Shown here: piece after piece, positions 10,320 through 19,440 of the stretch
Layout: every line of letters begins with the position of its first letter
Position numbering within the stretch: position 1 is the first letter of the stretch
DNA from: an uncultured delta proteobacterium
GTDB lineage: Bacteria; Desulfobacterota; Binatia; UBA9968
Assembly (NCBI GenBank): GCA_963728565.1
Contig: CAVSLC010000019.1
Location: forward strand, 188,334 to 252,333
Length of the DNA stretch: 64,000 nucleotides
Reading direction: 5' to 3'
The notes under the pieces: model-generated
The model's input: only the letters and a program-made list of their open reading frames with translations
Told to the model about the DNA's origin: nothing
Databases searched by the model: none
Program-made: the position numbers and the translations under genes

Positions 10320-11765
10320 ATGGCGAAGGATCTTAGGACGTTTATTGCAGATTGCCAGCGTGAGTTACCTGGCGAGGTGATTCACATCAAAAAAGAAGTA
10401 AATCCAGCAAACTATGATGTCACGGCGATCATCAAGCATCTCGGCGCGCAAAAGAAATTTCCGATTATCATTTTTGACAATCCGCTGAATCTCAACGGCA
10501 AAGTTGGTCCGATAAAGCTTACGATGAACTGTGAGATTTCTCAGGGAAAGACCCAGATCGCTTTAGGCATGCCCAAGACTGCGAGCCGGCCGCAGATGGC
10601 TGAAAAATGTCTGGAGATGGAAGAACATCGAATTCCTCCCAGCATCGTCGACAAAAAACAGGCTCCGGTAAAAGAAAACATCATGGTGGGTAAGGACGTT
10701 GATCTTTATCAGATTCCGATTATGAGACACCACGAGATGGACGGCGGGCCTTATATTGTTCTGTCGACGATCACCAAAGACCGGAAGTCAGGAATTTATA
10801 ACTGTTCGTATCACCGCATGGAGGTCAAATCCAAGAATTCCACCGCTCTGTATGCGTCGCCGCGCCATTTGTGGAAAATCTACAAGGATTACGAGGAGAA
10901 CAACATGGAGATGCCGGTGGCGACGGTGCTTGGCCATCATCCGGCGTATCACATGGGCGCATGCTACAGCGGGCCGTTCGAAGTGAGCGAGTATGATGTT
11001 ATCGGCGGCTATCTCGGCGAACCCTTGCGGCTGGTTGCTTCGGAAACCTTCGGCGAGGATTTGCTCATTCCAGCCGATGCCGAAATCGTAATCGAAGGCG
11101 TATTGAAGCCGGGCAAGCGGGTCGTCGAAGGTCCGTTCGGCGAAGCGCCCGGCTATCTAGGCCCGCAGCGTTATACTACTTGCGTGGACTATGAAGTCCG
11201 CGCCATCAATTATCGTAACGGCGCGATGTACCAGTCGGTCATCACACCGGAAGGCGATAAGCCGTGGATGGATTTGCCGCGCGAGGGCGCTTATCTGCGT
11301 CGTTGCCGCGAAGCCGTTCCCGGTGTAACCGCGGTCTGTAAGCAGGGCCGGCACGCGCACTACAATGTGTTCATTTCCATGAATAAAATGTCGGAGGGCG
11401 ATCCGGGTCGCGCCGCCGCCGCTGCTCTGACGTTCGACCATACCAAAAACGTGTTCGTGTTCGACGACGATATCGACGTTTTCAACCCTACGGATATTCT
11501 TTGGGCTTTTGCCACCCGTGTACAGCCGCACAAGCAGATAAGCATCCTGCAGCCATTGTTCCGCGGCAATTTCCTGGATCCTTCCTTGTTGGACGAGATC
11601 AAAACCTCAGGCATGATCGTCGATGCGACCAAGCCGCTGGACCGGCCGTTCTCGCCGGTATCGAAATGTCCCGACGAAGCCATGGCCCGCATCAAGCTGG
11701 AGGAATACGTGCCCGGAGAAGTCTTGCAGCATATCCCGATGGATCGGACGACTTACTGGGCATAA
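10320..11765 (+). CDS. UbiD-family (prFMN-dependent) decarboxylase
   Basis: DLRTFI start, HHEMDGGPYI, YNCSYHR, EGPFGE, VFDDDIDVFN...WAFATRVQP and DATKP. Confidence 0.92.
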   Translation: MAKDLRTFIADCQRELPGEVIHIKKEVNPANYDVTAIIKHLGAQKKFPIIIFDNPLNLNGKVGPIKLTMNCEISQGKTQIALGMPKTASRPQMAEKCLEMEEHRIPPSIVDKKQAPVKENIMVGKDVDLYQIPIMRHHEMDGGPYIVLSTITKDRKSGIYNCSYHRMEVKSKNSTALYASPRHLWKIYKDYEENNMEMPVATVLGHHPAYHMGACYSGPFEVSEYDVIGGYLGEPLRLVASETFGEDLLIPADAEIVIEGVLKPGKRVVEGPFGEAPGYLGPQRYTTCVDYEVRAINYRNGAMYQSVITPEGDKPWMDLPREGAYLRRCREAVPGVTAVCKQGRHAHYNVFISMNKMSEGDPGRAAAAALTFDHTKNVFVFDDDIDVFNPTDILWAFATRVQPHKQISILQPLFRGNFLDPSLLDEIKTSGMIVDATKPLDRPFSPVSKCPDEAMARIKLEEYVPGEVLQHIPMDRTTYWA

Positions 11766-11807
11766 TCGAGTATCTAAGAAAATTATCCAGCTTTTTGAGG
11801 AGGAATC

Positions 11808-11954
11808 ATGGGCCAGGCGGTTGAAGTGACTTGTCCGACGTGTAAGAAAACCTTTGTTGTCAATCCGCACATGCTGGGATCCGGTATGAACTTCCATTGT
11901 CCGTACTGCGATCTGTATTTTCCGGAAAAAGATAGTCCAAAAATCCGCAAGTGA
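11808..11954 (+). CDS. 48-aa zinc-ribbon/rubredoxin-like protein (not in the ORF track)
   Basis: GAGGAGG RBS. Manual translation MGQAVEVTCPTCKKTFVVNPHMLGSGMNFHCPYCDLYFPEKDSPKIRK* has two CxxC pairs. Confidence 0.8.
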   Translation: MGQAVEVTCPTCKKTFVVNPHMLGSGMNFHCPYCDLYFPEKDSPKIRK

Positions 11955-12004
11955 TATTGGGGCTACGGTGTATCAACACCGTGGCTCGCTGTTTAATTCC
12001 GATC

Positions 12005-14344
12005 ATGAACTACACGCGAACCTTTACTATCGCCGGTACGGACGCGCACCGAGTCGACGGTATCGAGAAGGTGACGGGCAAGGCCGTCTATACCGGAGAC
12101 ATTCAGCTTCCGGGGATGGGTTACGCCAAGATACTTCGCAGCCCGGTGGCGCATGCTCGCTTGCTCAAGGTCGATGCCGCTAAGGCGAAAGAACTGCCAG
12201 GGGTGATCGCCACGCTGACTCGCGACGATATTAAAGAATTTAATTACAAATACGGCGCAACCTACAAAGATCAGTCGATCGTCGCTGTGGACAAGGTCAG
12301 ATACGTCGGCGATCCGGTTGCCGCGGTCATGGCCGAGGATCCGTCGATTGCCGAAGCCGCTTTGGATCTTATCGAAGTAGAGTACGAAGAGCTGCCCAAG
12401 GTAACCGACATCGAGGAAGCGACAGCGCCGGGGGCTATTCAGGTGCATGAAGGCGATGTGGCGCGCGCGGAACTGCGCGGCTCGACGTATGGAGCGCCAC
12501 CGAGATTCAACGGCACCAACATTTGCTACTACCTTGGCTTCGGCAGGGGCGATGTCGATAAAGCCTTCGCTCAGGCCGATCACGTTTTCGAAGACACCTT
12601 TCGCTTTCAAAAGGTACAACATTACTCTCTGGAAGCGCACATCAATATCGCCAGCTACGACGGCGAAAAGCTGACAGTGTGGGCTTCGTGCCAGGATCCC
12701 TTCACCTTGCGCGATCATTTGTCGGGAATCTTTCGTCTGCCGCTTAGCCGTATCCGCGTCATCGTTCCGTACGTCGGCGGCGGATATGGCGGCAAATTGT
12801 ATGTCAAAGCCGAGCCTATTGCCGCGGCCTTGACCTGGAAGACTCGGCGGCCGGTAAAGCTCGCGCTCTCGGTGAATGAAAGTTTTAAAACCGTAACGCG
12901 ACATCCGGCGCGCGTCACTGTCAAAACTGCGGTAAGCAAAGAGGGTCTACTGGTCGCGAGAGAGTGCCAGATTTATATGGACACCGGCGCTTATGCCGAT
13001 GCCGGGCCGCGGGTTACTCAAAAGGCCGGTTATCGTTCACTCGGTCCTTATAAAATTCCCCACGCCAAAGTCGAAGCTCATGGAGTTTACACCAACACCG
13101 TTCCGGCAGGCGCTTTCCGCGGTTTTGGCGCGTTGCAGGTTACTTGGGCGTATGAATCACAAATGGATATGATGGCCGACCGGCTGGGTATCGATCCCCT
13201 CGAGTTTCGCTTGAAGAATCTGCTCAAGAAGGGCGATCTCTATACTGCCGGCGACACGCCGGTGGATTGCGATCTGGAGGAAGGACTGCGCAAAGTCGCC
13301 GAAACCATCAAGTGGCAGGAGCGCGACACCCAACCCAATCGAGCCAAAGGCCTCAGCTGCTGCATCAAGGATGGGGGCGGCACTTATAAAGTCGCCGGCG
13401 CGACCGTTAAGATGTCGTCCGACGGCAGCGTCGTGCTGTTAACCGGCACCGTTGAAGTCGGACAGGGCCCGCGCACCGCCTTGAGCCAGGTGGTCGCGGA
13501 GGAGCTCGGCCTCAGCCTCGACCAGATTACGGTTGCCCAACTCGATACCGATGTGACTCCTTACGACATCTCCACCAGTGCGAGTAGCTCGATGGTGGTG
13601 ATGGGCCTGGCGGTGCAGCGCGCCGCGCAGGATGCCAAACGCCAACTTTTTCAATGCGCCGGCAAAGTTCTCAAACAGAAACCTGAGGATCTGTTTATTC
13701 AGAACGGCGAGATCCACTCGCAAAACGGTCAAAGCATTAGCTATAGCAAGGTGATCGTCGATTTCTTCGGCAGCAAAGCCGGAGAGATCATCGCCAAAGG
13801 GTTGTATAAAGACAAACGAAGCAAAAAGGCGGTCTTGGGGTCCACGGCGACGTTTTGGGAAGTAGGCTGGGGCGGCGTTGATCTCGAGGTAGATCCCGAA
13901 ACCGGCGTCGTTCGCCTGCTCAACTATGTTTCCGTTTGCGACACAGGCAAGGCGATCAACCCCGATCAGTGCATCGGCCAGGACGAAGGCGCCGTAATGT
14001 TCGGCATTGGCCACTCGTTGATGGAAGAGATGGTTTACGAAGATGGTCAGTTGTTGAATGGTAATCTGGTGGATTATCGGGTGCCGACCTTCCGCGATCT
14101 GCCCGATGGTTTGCATACTATCCTGCTTGAGAATGGCAACGGGCCCGGACCGTTCGGATCAAAGGGCATTGGCGAGGGCGGCTTGCTGCCGGTGGCGTCG
14201 GCGATTGCCAATGCGGTTTCGCGCGCGGTGGGCGTGAGAATTCAGGATTTGCCGTTAACGCCGCCAAAGGTCTGGCGCGCTTTGCGAGCTAAAGCGGAAG
14301 AACAAACGAAGGATCAAGCCGAAGCTAGATTGAAAACCGGGTGA
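12005..14344 (+). CDS. Xanthine dehydrogenase family molybdopterin-binding (large) subunit
   Basis: EKVTGKAVY, VGGGYGGK, AFRGFG, EVGQG, KAINP and SKGIGEGG. Confidence 0.92.
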   Translation: MNYTRTFTIAGTDAHRVDGIEKVTGKAVYTGDIQLPGMGYAKILRSPVAHARLLKVDAAKAKELPGVIATLTRDDIKEFNYKYGATYKDQSIVAVDKVRYVGDPVAAVMAEDPSIAEAALDLIEVEYEELPKVTDIEEATAPGAIQVHEGDVARAELRGSTYGAPPRFNGTNICYYLGFGRGDVDKAFAQADHVFEDTFRFQKVQHYSLEAHINIASYDGEKLTVWASCQDPFTLRDHLSGIFRLPLSRIRVIVPYVGGGYGGKLYVKAEPIAAALTWKTRRPVKLALSVNESFKTVTRHPARVTVKTAVSKEGLLVARECQIYMDTGAYADAGPRVTQKAGYRSLGPYKIPHAKVEAHGVYTNTVPAGAFRGFGALQVTWAYESQMDMMADRLGIDPLEFRLKNLLKKGDLYTAGDTPVDCDLEEGLRKVAETIKWQERDTQPNRAKGLSCCIKDGGGTYKVAGATVKMSSDGSVVLLTGTVEVGQGPRTALSQVVAEELGLSLDQITVAQLDTDVTPYDISTSASSSMVVMGLAVQRAAQDAKRQLFQCAGKVLKQKPEDLFIQNGEIHSQNGQSISYSKVIVDFFGSKAGEIIAKGLYKDKRSKKAVLGSTATFWEVGWGGVDLEVDPETGVVRLLNYVSVCDTGKAINPDQCIGQDEGAVMFGIGHSLMEEMVYEDGQLLNGNLVDYRVPTFRDLPDGLHTILLENGNGPGPFGSKGIGEGGLLPVASAIANAVSRAVGVRIQDLPLTPPKVWRALRAKAEEQTKDQAEARLKTG

Positions 14345-14413
14345 GTTTCAGAGCCTACCCAGCGTTTATCGAATACCAGGCGATCTTTCTTGCAGGTTAG
14401 GTTCATCTGAGAA

Positions 14414-14917
14414 CTACAGCTCGAGAACAGCACCGCAGCTTTTACAGGTCGCCAGATTTTTATCGCTGCGCATCGCCTCGCTCGCTTTTGTCACCGCATC
14501 TGAAGGATCCTCGAAGCGCAGCTCGGTCTCATAGAGACTCTTCTGGCATTCTTCGCAAACCCATATAAAAAGATCCCTTTCGTCGTGAGTGCGCTTCCTT
14601 TCAACCACAAACGTCCAGGAACCTTCGCGCCGCCTCGGCGAGTGGGGCACTCTCGCGGGCATAAGAAAAAGATCGCCGGTGTTGAGTACCGCGAGTTCCG
14701 GCTTGCCGTCGCATAAGTAGTGAAGATTGAGTTCGCCTTGGAGTTGATAGAAGATTTCATCACCGGGGTTGATGTGAAAATCTTTGCGCCGGTTGGGACC
14801 GCGGGTAACGAAGGCGATGAAATCCGAATCATTCCAGATCACCCGGCGTTGTCCCCAGTTGTTGCGGTTTTCGTCGATCCATCGCTGTAAGTTGAAGCCT
14901 TTCAGATGGGGGAACAT
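14414..14917 (-). CDS. nbaC: 3-hydroxyanthranilate 3,4-dioxygenase
   Basis: FNLQRWIDEN, GPNRRKDFH, E.FYQL.G, VPHSPRR, and the C-terminal CEEC...CKSCG rubredoxin-like site. Confidence 0.85.
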   Translation of the reverse strand: MFPHLKGFNLQRWIDENRNNWGQRRVIWNDSDFIAFVTRGPNRRKDFHINPGDEIFYQLQGELNLHYLCDGKPELAVLNTGDLFLMPARVPHSPRRREGSWTFVVERKRTHDERDLFIWVCEECQKSLYETELRFEDPSDAVTKASEAMRSDKNLATCKSCGAVLEL

Positions 14918-14977
14918 ACAACCTCCTTGGCCGCAGTCGAATATAGAATCGAGGCCAGCCAGGAATCAAGAGCGACC

Positions 14978-15472
14978 ATGGCAGCACGAAAACAGCGGCG
15001 GATCGCGCTGAAGCAAGGGCGCATCGGCTTAATTTCCGACACCCACGGGTTGGTTCGACCGGAAGCTCTCGCGGCACTAAACGGCGTCGAGCTCATCGTG
15101 CATGCTGGGGATATAGGGAAGCCTGAAGTGTTGGATTGCTTGCAGGCCATTGCACCCTTAGCAGCCATCAAAGGCAACAACGATCTCGCACCATGGTCGC
15201 GGCACATTCCCGAAGCGCTCGATCTGCTCCTTAACCACACAGGCGTACGGGTGATTCATAATGTTCATGATCTAGAAAACAAGTTGCCGCCCGCGGGTGT
15301 TCAGGTCGTGATCAGCGGCCATTCTCATAAACCGTCAGTCGTGAGACGAGACAATGTGCTTTTTGTAAACCCCGGAAGCGCCGGCCCGCGACGTTTCAAA
15401 CTGCCGGTGACCGTAGGGCTGTTACTATTGCAAAACGCTGACGTGCACGCAGAAATTATTCACTTGTTCTGA
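14978..15472 (+). CDS. YfcE-like metallophosphoesterase
   Basis: ISDTH, HAGD, KGNND, SGHSH and NPGS motifs. Confidence 0.88.
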   Translation: MAARKQRRIALKQGRIGLISDTHGLVRPEALAALNGVELIVHAGDIGKPEVLDCLQAIAPLAAIKGNNDLAPWSRHIPEALDLLLNHTGVRVIHNVHDLENKLPPAGVQVVISGHSHKPSVVRRDNVLFVNPGSAGPRRFKLPVTVGLLLLQNADVHAEIIHLF

Positions 15473-15559
15473 GCTTGGACTGTTGAACATGAAGCCATTT
15501 CTCTTGCGACCGTATTTTCATCGTTGACTTTGGCTCTCCGTCAGGCGATAAATAGCAAA

Positions 15560-15596
15560 TCCTTTTAAACCGGTCCTGTGAGATCGGTAAGGGAGC
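15560..15596 (+). promoter_or_regulatory. PyrR-binding RNA loop (pyr attenuator leader)
   Basis: TCCTTTTAAACCGGTCCTGTGAGATCGGTAAGGGA resembles the PyrR site consensus (CUUUAA...GUCCNGNGAG...AAGG). It lies directly upstream of pyrR. TTGACT, a candidate -35, is at 15524. Confidence 0.75.
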
Positions 15597-15637
15597 CATG
15601 CGGATAGTTACACCCCCAAGATTTTCCGGATTCTTCG

Positions 15638-15671
15638 GGCCTCCTCAACGCGGTTGAGGGGGTCTTTTTTT
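15638..15671 (+). terminator. Attenuator terminator of the pyr leader
   Basis: 12-bp stem GGCCTCCTCAAC-GCG-GTTGAGGGGGTC followed by T7, just before the pyrR ATG. Confidence 0.8.
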
Positions 15672-15675
15672 ATCT

Positions 15676-16224
15676 ATGGCCAGTGAAAAACAAATCGTCC
15701 TGACCAAGCAGGAGTTGGCCAAAGCGATTACCCGCATGGCTCATGAGATGCTTGAGAAAGCCGACAGCTTTGATGAGTTGACGCTCATCGGCATACGTTC
15801 CCGCGGCGTGCATATCGCTCGGCGTTTGGCCCGTAAGATCGAAGAGCTTACCGAGCACGCACCGCCACTAGGTGTCCTCGATGTGACGCTTTTTCGTGAT
15901 GATAAGACGCAAACACAAGCTTCCGCTGCGGCAACCGCGGGTGAAATCTCGGTCACGCTGGAAAACAGGATCGCCGTCTTAGTCGACGATGTTATTTTTC
16001 GTGGGCGGACGATCCGCGCGGCCCTGGAAGCGGTCGAGCGTCTCGGCCATGCCAAACGGATCATCCTGGCGGTTCTGATCGATCGCGGCGCGCGGGAGTT
16101 GCCAATCCGGGCCGATATCGTCGGCAAGAATATCGAAGCTTCGGATTCGCAACGAGTGAACGTCTTGCTGGAAGAATCCGATGGCATCGATCAAGTGATT
16201 GTGACGCCCTGGAATCCAGCTTGA
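15676..16224 (+). CDS. pyrR: Pyrimidine operon attenuation protein / UPRTase
   Basis: ITRMAHEMLEK, GIRSRG, LDVTLFRDD, VLVDDVIFRGRT and DRG.RELPIRAD.VGK. Confidence 0.92.
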   Translation: MASEKQIVLTKQELAKAITRMAHEMLEKADSFDELTLIGIRSRGVHIARRLARKIEELTEHAPPLGVLDVTLFRDDKTQTQASAAATAGEISVTLENRIAVLVDDVIFRGRTIRAALEAVERLGHAKRIILAVLIDRGARELPIRADIVGKNIEASDSQRVNVLLEESDGIDQVIVTPWNPA

Positions 16225-16234
16225 GGAATCGAAC

Positions 16235-18157
16235 GTGACCACGGCTAACCTAGTTTCCATCGCGGATCTCACCAATGACGAGATCGAAGAGATTTTCGAT
16301 TTAGCAGACGCATCCGACAGGTTGCGCAGTAAAAAGGTCGGCCATGGCAAGATCATGGCCACTTTGTTCTACGAACCGAGTACTCGCACTCGTTTATCGT
16401 TCGAATCCTCAATGCAGCGGCTCGGCGGCACTGTGATCAGCTGTTCGGATATGCAGGCCTCGTCGGCTGCCAAGGGGGAGAGTGTCGCCGACACCGCCAA
16501 AGTAGTCTCGAGTTATGCCGACGTTCTCGTGGTTCGGCATTACTGGGACGGCGCAGTCCAGGCTGTGGCTGAGCACGCCGACGTTCAGGTGATCAATGCC
16601 GGGGACGGCGGCCATGAACATCCGAGTCAGACGCTTTGCGATCTCTATACGCTGCGCAAAGAGAAGGGCGAGCTCAAGGGTCTCAACGTGGTTATTTGCG
16701 GCGACTTAAAAAACGGTCGAACAATTCATTCTCTGGTGTATGCATTGGCCAGGTTCGGCGCCAATATTGTGACTCTGGCAGCCAACGGGATGGAGCTGCC
16801 CCACTACGTTCTGGAGCGATTGGAGCGCGAGTTTCAGTATACCTTAGCGCCGGTTGCCGGCGACGATCTGAGCGCCGTGGTTACCGAGACCGATGCTTTT
16901 TATCTCACTCCCAAGCAGCCGCATCAGCTGGCTTTGTTTACCGCGCTGGACAGCACGATTCAGACTCGGATTACGAGTCTGGTATCGGGATTGCGCTATG
17001 ACGCTTTTTACATGACGAGAAAGCAAAAAGAGCGCATGACAAACTCTGCGGCGGCGGGTGACTATCCCACCATCGGATCTAAGTTTCTCAAAGAGCAGCG
17101 CTTCAAAGATACAGTGGTGATGCATCCCTTGCCGCGGGTCGACGAGCTTTCGCCGGAGCTTGACAAGGATCGGCGCGGCATCTATTTCAAGCAAGCCGCG
17201 TATGGGGTGCCTATTCGTATGGCGCTGCTACATTTTCTGTTTGAGAAAAGGCGCCGAGCAGGGATCGGCAAGATGGCAAAAAGCTCGGTGCTATTCGAAA
17301 GCCCGCACCCGATCGGCCCGCATTGCCCTAATCTCAAGTGCATTACTGTCAACGAGCCGGGTTCGACGCGGCTTCGGTTTGAGCTTCAATCCGAAGGCCC
17401 CGCCGGCGCGTTGATTTTGCGATGCCTTTACTGCGACCACCGCTTCAAAGTGCAGCTCGTCGGTCAAGTGACCTCAAAGAAGTATTGCGCCTACGATATC
17501 GCGCTTGCGGATAACATTGCGCGTTGGCTTAAGGACGGTGAACTGGCAATCTTTGATTCCATCAAGCAAGCTGAAGAGCTTGGCTATGGACCTTACGAGA
17601 GCGGTCCGCGCCGTGCCATTATGGGTCAAGCTGAAGTAGATTCTGCAATACAGCAGATAAGTGCCCAGATTTTAGGCGATTACGCCAATCCGGACCGCTT
17701 GCTGATTGTCGGCGTCAAAACCAACGGATCGATGATCGCCCAACGAATCGCCGCCAATCTAGAAAGAGCACAAAAGCGAAAATTTGAACTGGCCGAGCTT
17801 GAAACCTATGGAGCGGGCGAAGACCTTCGCCGCGTGTTTCCCGCGGATCCCGAGTTAGGACCGATCCAATTGCGCGATCGATCCATCATTCTGGTTGATG
17901 ACGTCATTCATACCGGACGAACGGTGAAGACCGCCTTGAGCATCATTTTTAGATCGGGGCGGCCCCAATCGGTGCGTCTGGCGGTTTTGATTGACCGCGG
18001 GCATCGGCAGATTCCGGTCAAACCTAATTACGTCGGTAAACATATACCCACCGCAGACCACGAGCGCGTGCGTGTTCATTTGCGAGAACTGGAGCCCGAT
18101 GGGCAAGATAAGGTGCTGGTTTATTCCATCATCAACCCAGGCGAGAACCGCCGCTGA
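16235..18157 (+). CDS. pyrB: Aspartate carbamoyltransferase fused to a PyrI-like Zn domain and a PyrR-like PRTase domain
   Basis: FYEPSTRT, HPSQTLCD and HPLPR, then CPNLKC...LRCLYCDH, then LVDDVIHTGRT...LIDRGHRQIPVKPNYVGK, all in a single 640-aa ORF. Confidence 0.88.
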   Translation: MTTANLVSIADLTNDEIEEIFDLADASDRLRSKKVGHGKIMATLFYEPSTRTRLSFESSMQRLGGTVISCSDMQASSAAKGESVADTAKVVSSYADVLVVRHYWDGAVQAVAEHADVQVINAGDGGHEHPSQTLCDLYTLRKEKGELKGLNVVICGDLKNGRTIHSLVYALARFGANIVTLAANGMELPHYVLERLEREFQYTLAPVAGDDLSAVVTETDAFYLTPKQPHQLALFTALDSTIQTRITSLVSGLRYDAFYMTRKQKERMTNSAAAGDYPTIGSKFLKEQRFKDTVVMHPLPRVDELSPELDKDRRGIYFKQAAYGVPIRMALLHFLFEKRRRAGIGKMAKSSVLFESPHPIGPHCPNLKCITVNEPGSTRLRFELQSEGPAGALILRCLYCDHRFKVQLVGQVTSKKYCAYDIALADNIARWLKDGELAIFDSIKQAEELGYGPYESGPRRAIMGQAEVDSAIQQISAQILGDYANPDRLLIVGVKTNGSMIAQRIAANLERAQKRKFELAELETYGAGEDLRRVFPADPELGPIQLRDRSIILVDDVIHTGRTVKTALSIIFRSGRPQSVRLAVLIDRGHRQIPVKPNYVGKHIPTADHERVRVHLRELEPDGQDKVLVYSIINPGENRR

Positions 18158-18259
18158 TTATAAATTGCGCGATTTTCTATTATGCTTACCTTTCAATTTT
18201 TGTTTTGATTTCTCATTCTTTTACACGAGGTTTTTCAGCAGACGCGGGAACGGGAATCC

Positions 18260-19432
18260 ATGTTAAGAAAAGCAATATTGGCGCTGGCCGACGGCCGAGC
18301 TTTCGACGGCTTGTCTTTTGGAGCCGAAGGTGAAGTCGCGGGTGAAGTGGTGTTTAACACCAGTATGACCGGGTATCAGGAGATTCTCACCGACCCCTCA
18401 TACGAAGGCCAGCTCGTGGCCATGACTTATCCGCAGATCGGCAACGTCGGCATCAACCCGGAGGACGTAGAATCCCACAAGCCTTTTGTCAAAGGTTTCA
18501 TCGTCAAAGAGTATACGGCGATGCCGAGCAATTGGCGCGCGACACAGCCGTTGCATGTTTATATGCAGCAGCACGGCATCGTCGGAATCCAAGGGATCGA
18601 TACACGTTCTCTGGTCCGTCATCTGCGCGATTGTGGCGCGCAGGTGGGCGTGATCACAACTAGTTCCCAGAATACTGACGAGGCGATTGCAAAAGCCAAG
18701 GCTGCTCCAGGACTCGAGGGCCGTGATCTAGTGCGCAACGTGAGCTGTGCGAGTGCCTATGAATGGCATCAGGGTTTGTGGCGACTGGGCGAAGGATATC
18801 GCAATCCGCCGGACGAGCCGCGGCGAAAAAAAAATGCCACGGATCGGGGACGCTCTGCTGTCCCTGTGCGTTCCGTCGTGGCTTACGATTTCGGCATCAA
18901 GTACAACATCTTGCGAAATCTCGCCGAGAGCGGTTGCCGGGTGAGAGTCGTTCCCGCCCATACTTCCGCAGAAGATGTTCTGGCCTTAAACCCCGACGGC
19001 ATATTTCTATCCAATGGACCGGGCGATCCGGACGCGGTGTCTTATGCCAAAGACAACATCCGCAAGTTGATCGGCAGGAAACCAATCTTTGGTATCTGCC
19101 TCGGCCATCAAATTTTGGGTTTGGCCCTGGGTGGCAAGACTTATAAACTCAAATTCGGTCACCATGGCGGTAATCAGCCGGTGATGGACTTAACCACGCG
19201 TAAAGTAGAGATCACATCGCAGAACCACGGCTTCGCCGTGGATGCCGATTCTTTAAAAGGTTCGGTCCAAGTTACCCATCTCAATCTTAACGACAACACG
19301 GTGGAGGGGCTGGTGCATCGAGATTTGCCGATCTTCTCGGTGCAATATCATCCCGAGTCGTCACCCGGGCCGCACGATGCCAGCTACCTTTTCAAACGCT
19401 TCATCGAATTAATGGACCAGCACCAGGGTTAA
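18260..19432 (+). CDS. carA: Carbamoyl-phosphate synthase small subunit
   Basis: [28 protein letters not shown] and QYHPE. Confidence 0.97.
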   Translation: MLRKAILALADGRAFDGLSFGAEGEVAGEVVFNTSMTGYQEILTDPSYEGQLVAMTYPQIGNVGINPEDVESHKPFVKGFIVKEYTAMPSNWRATQPLHVYMQQHGIVGIQGIDTRSLVRHLRDCGAQVGVITTSSQNTDEAIAKAKAAPGLEGRDLVRNVSCASAYEWHQGLWRLGEGYRNPPDEPRRKKNATDRGRSAVPVRSVVAYDFGIKYNILRNLAESGCRVRVVPAHTSAEDVLALNPDGIFLSNGPGDPDAVSYAKDNIRKLIGRKPIFGICLGHQILGLALGGKTYKLKFGHHGGNQPVMDLTTRKVEITSQNHGFAVDADSLKGSVQVTHLNLNDNTVEGLVHRDLPIFSVQYHPESSPGPHDASYLFKRFIELMDQHQG

Positions 19433-19440
19433 CATTTTCG

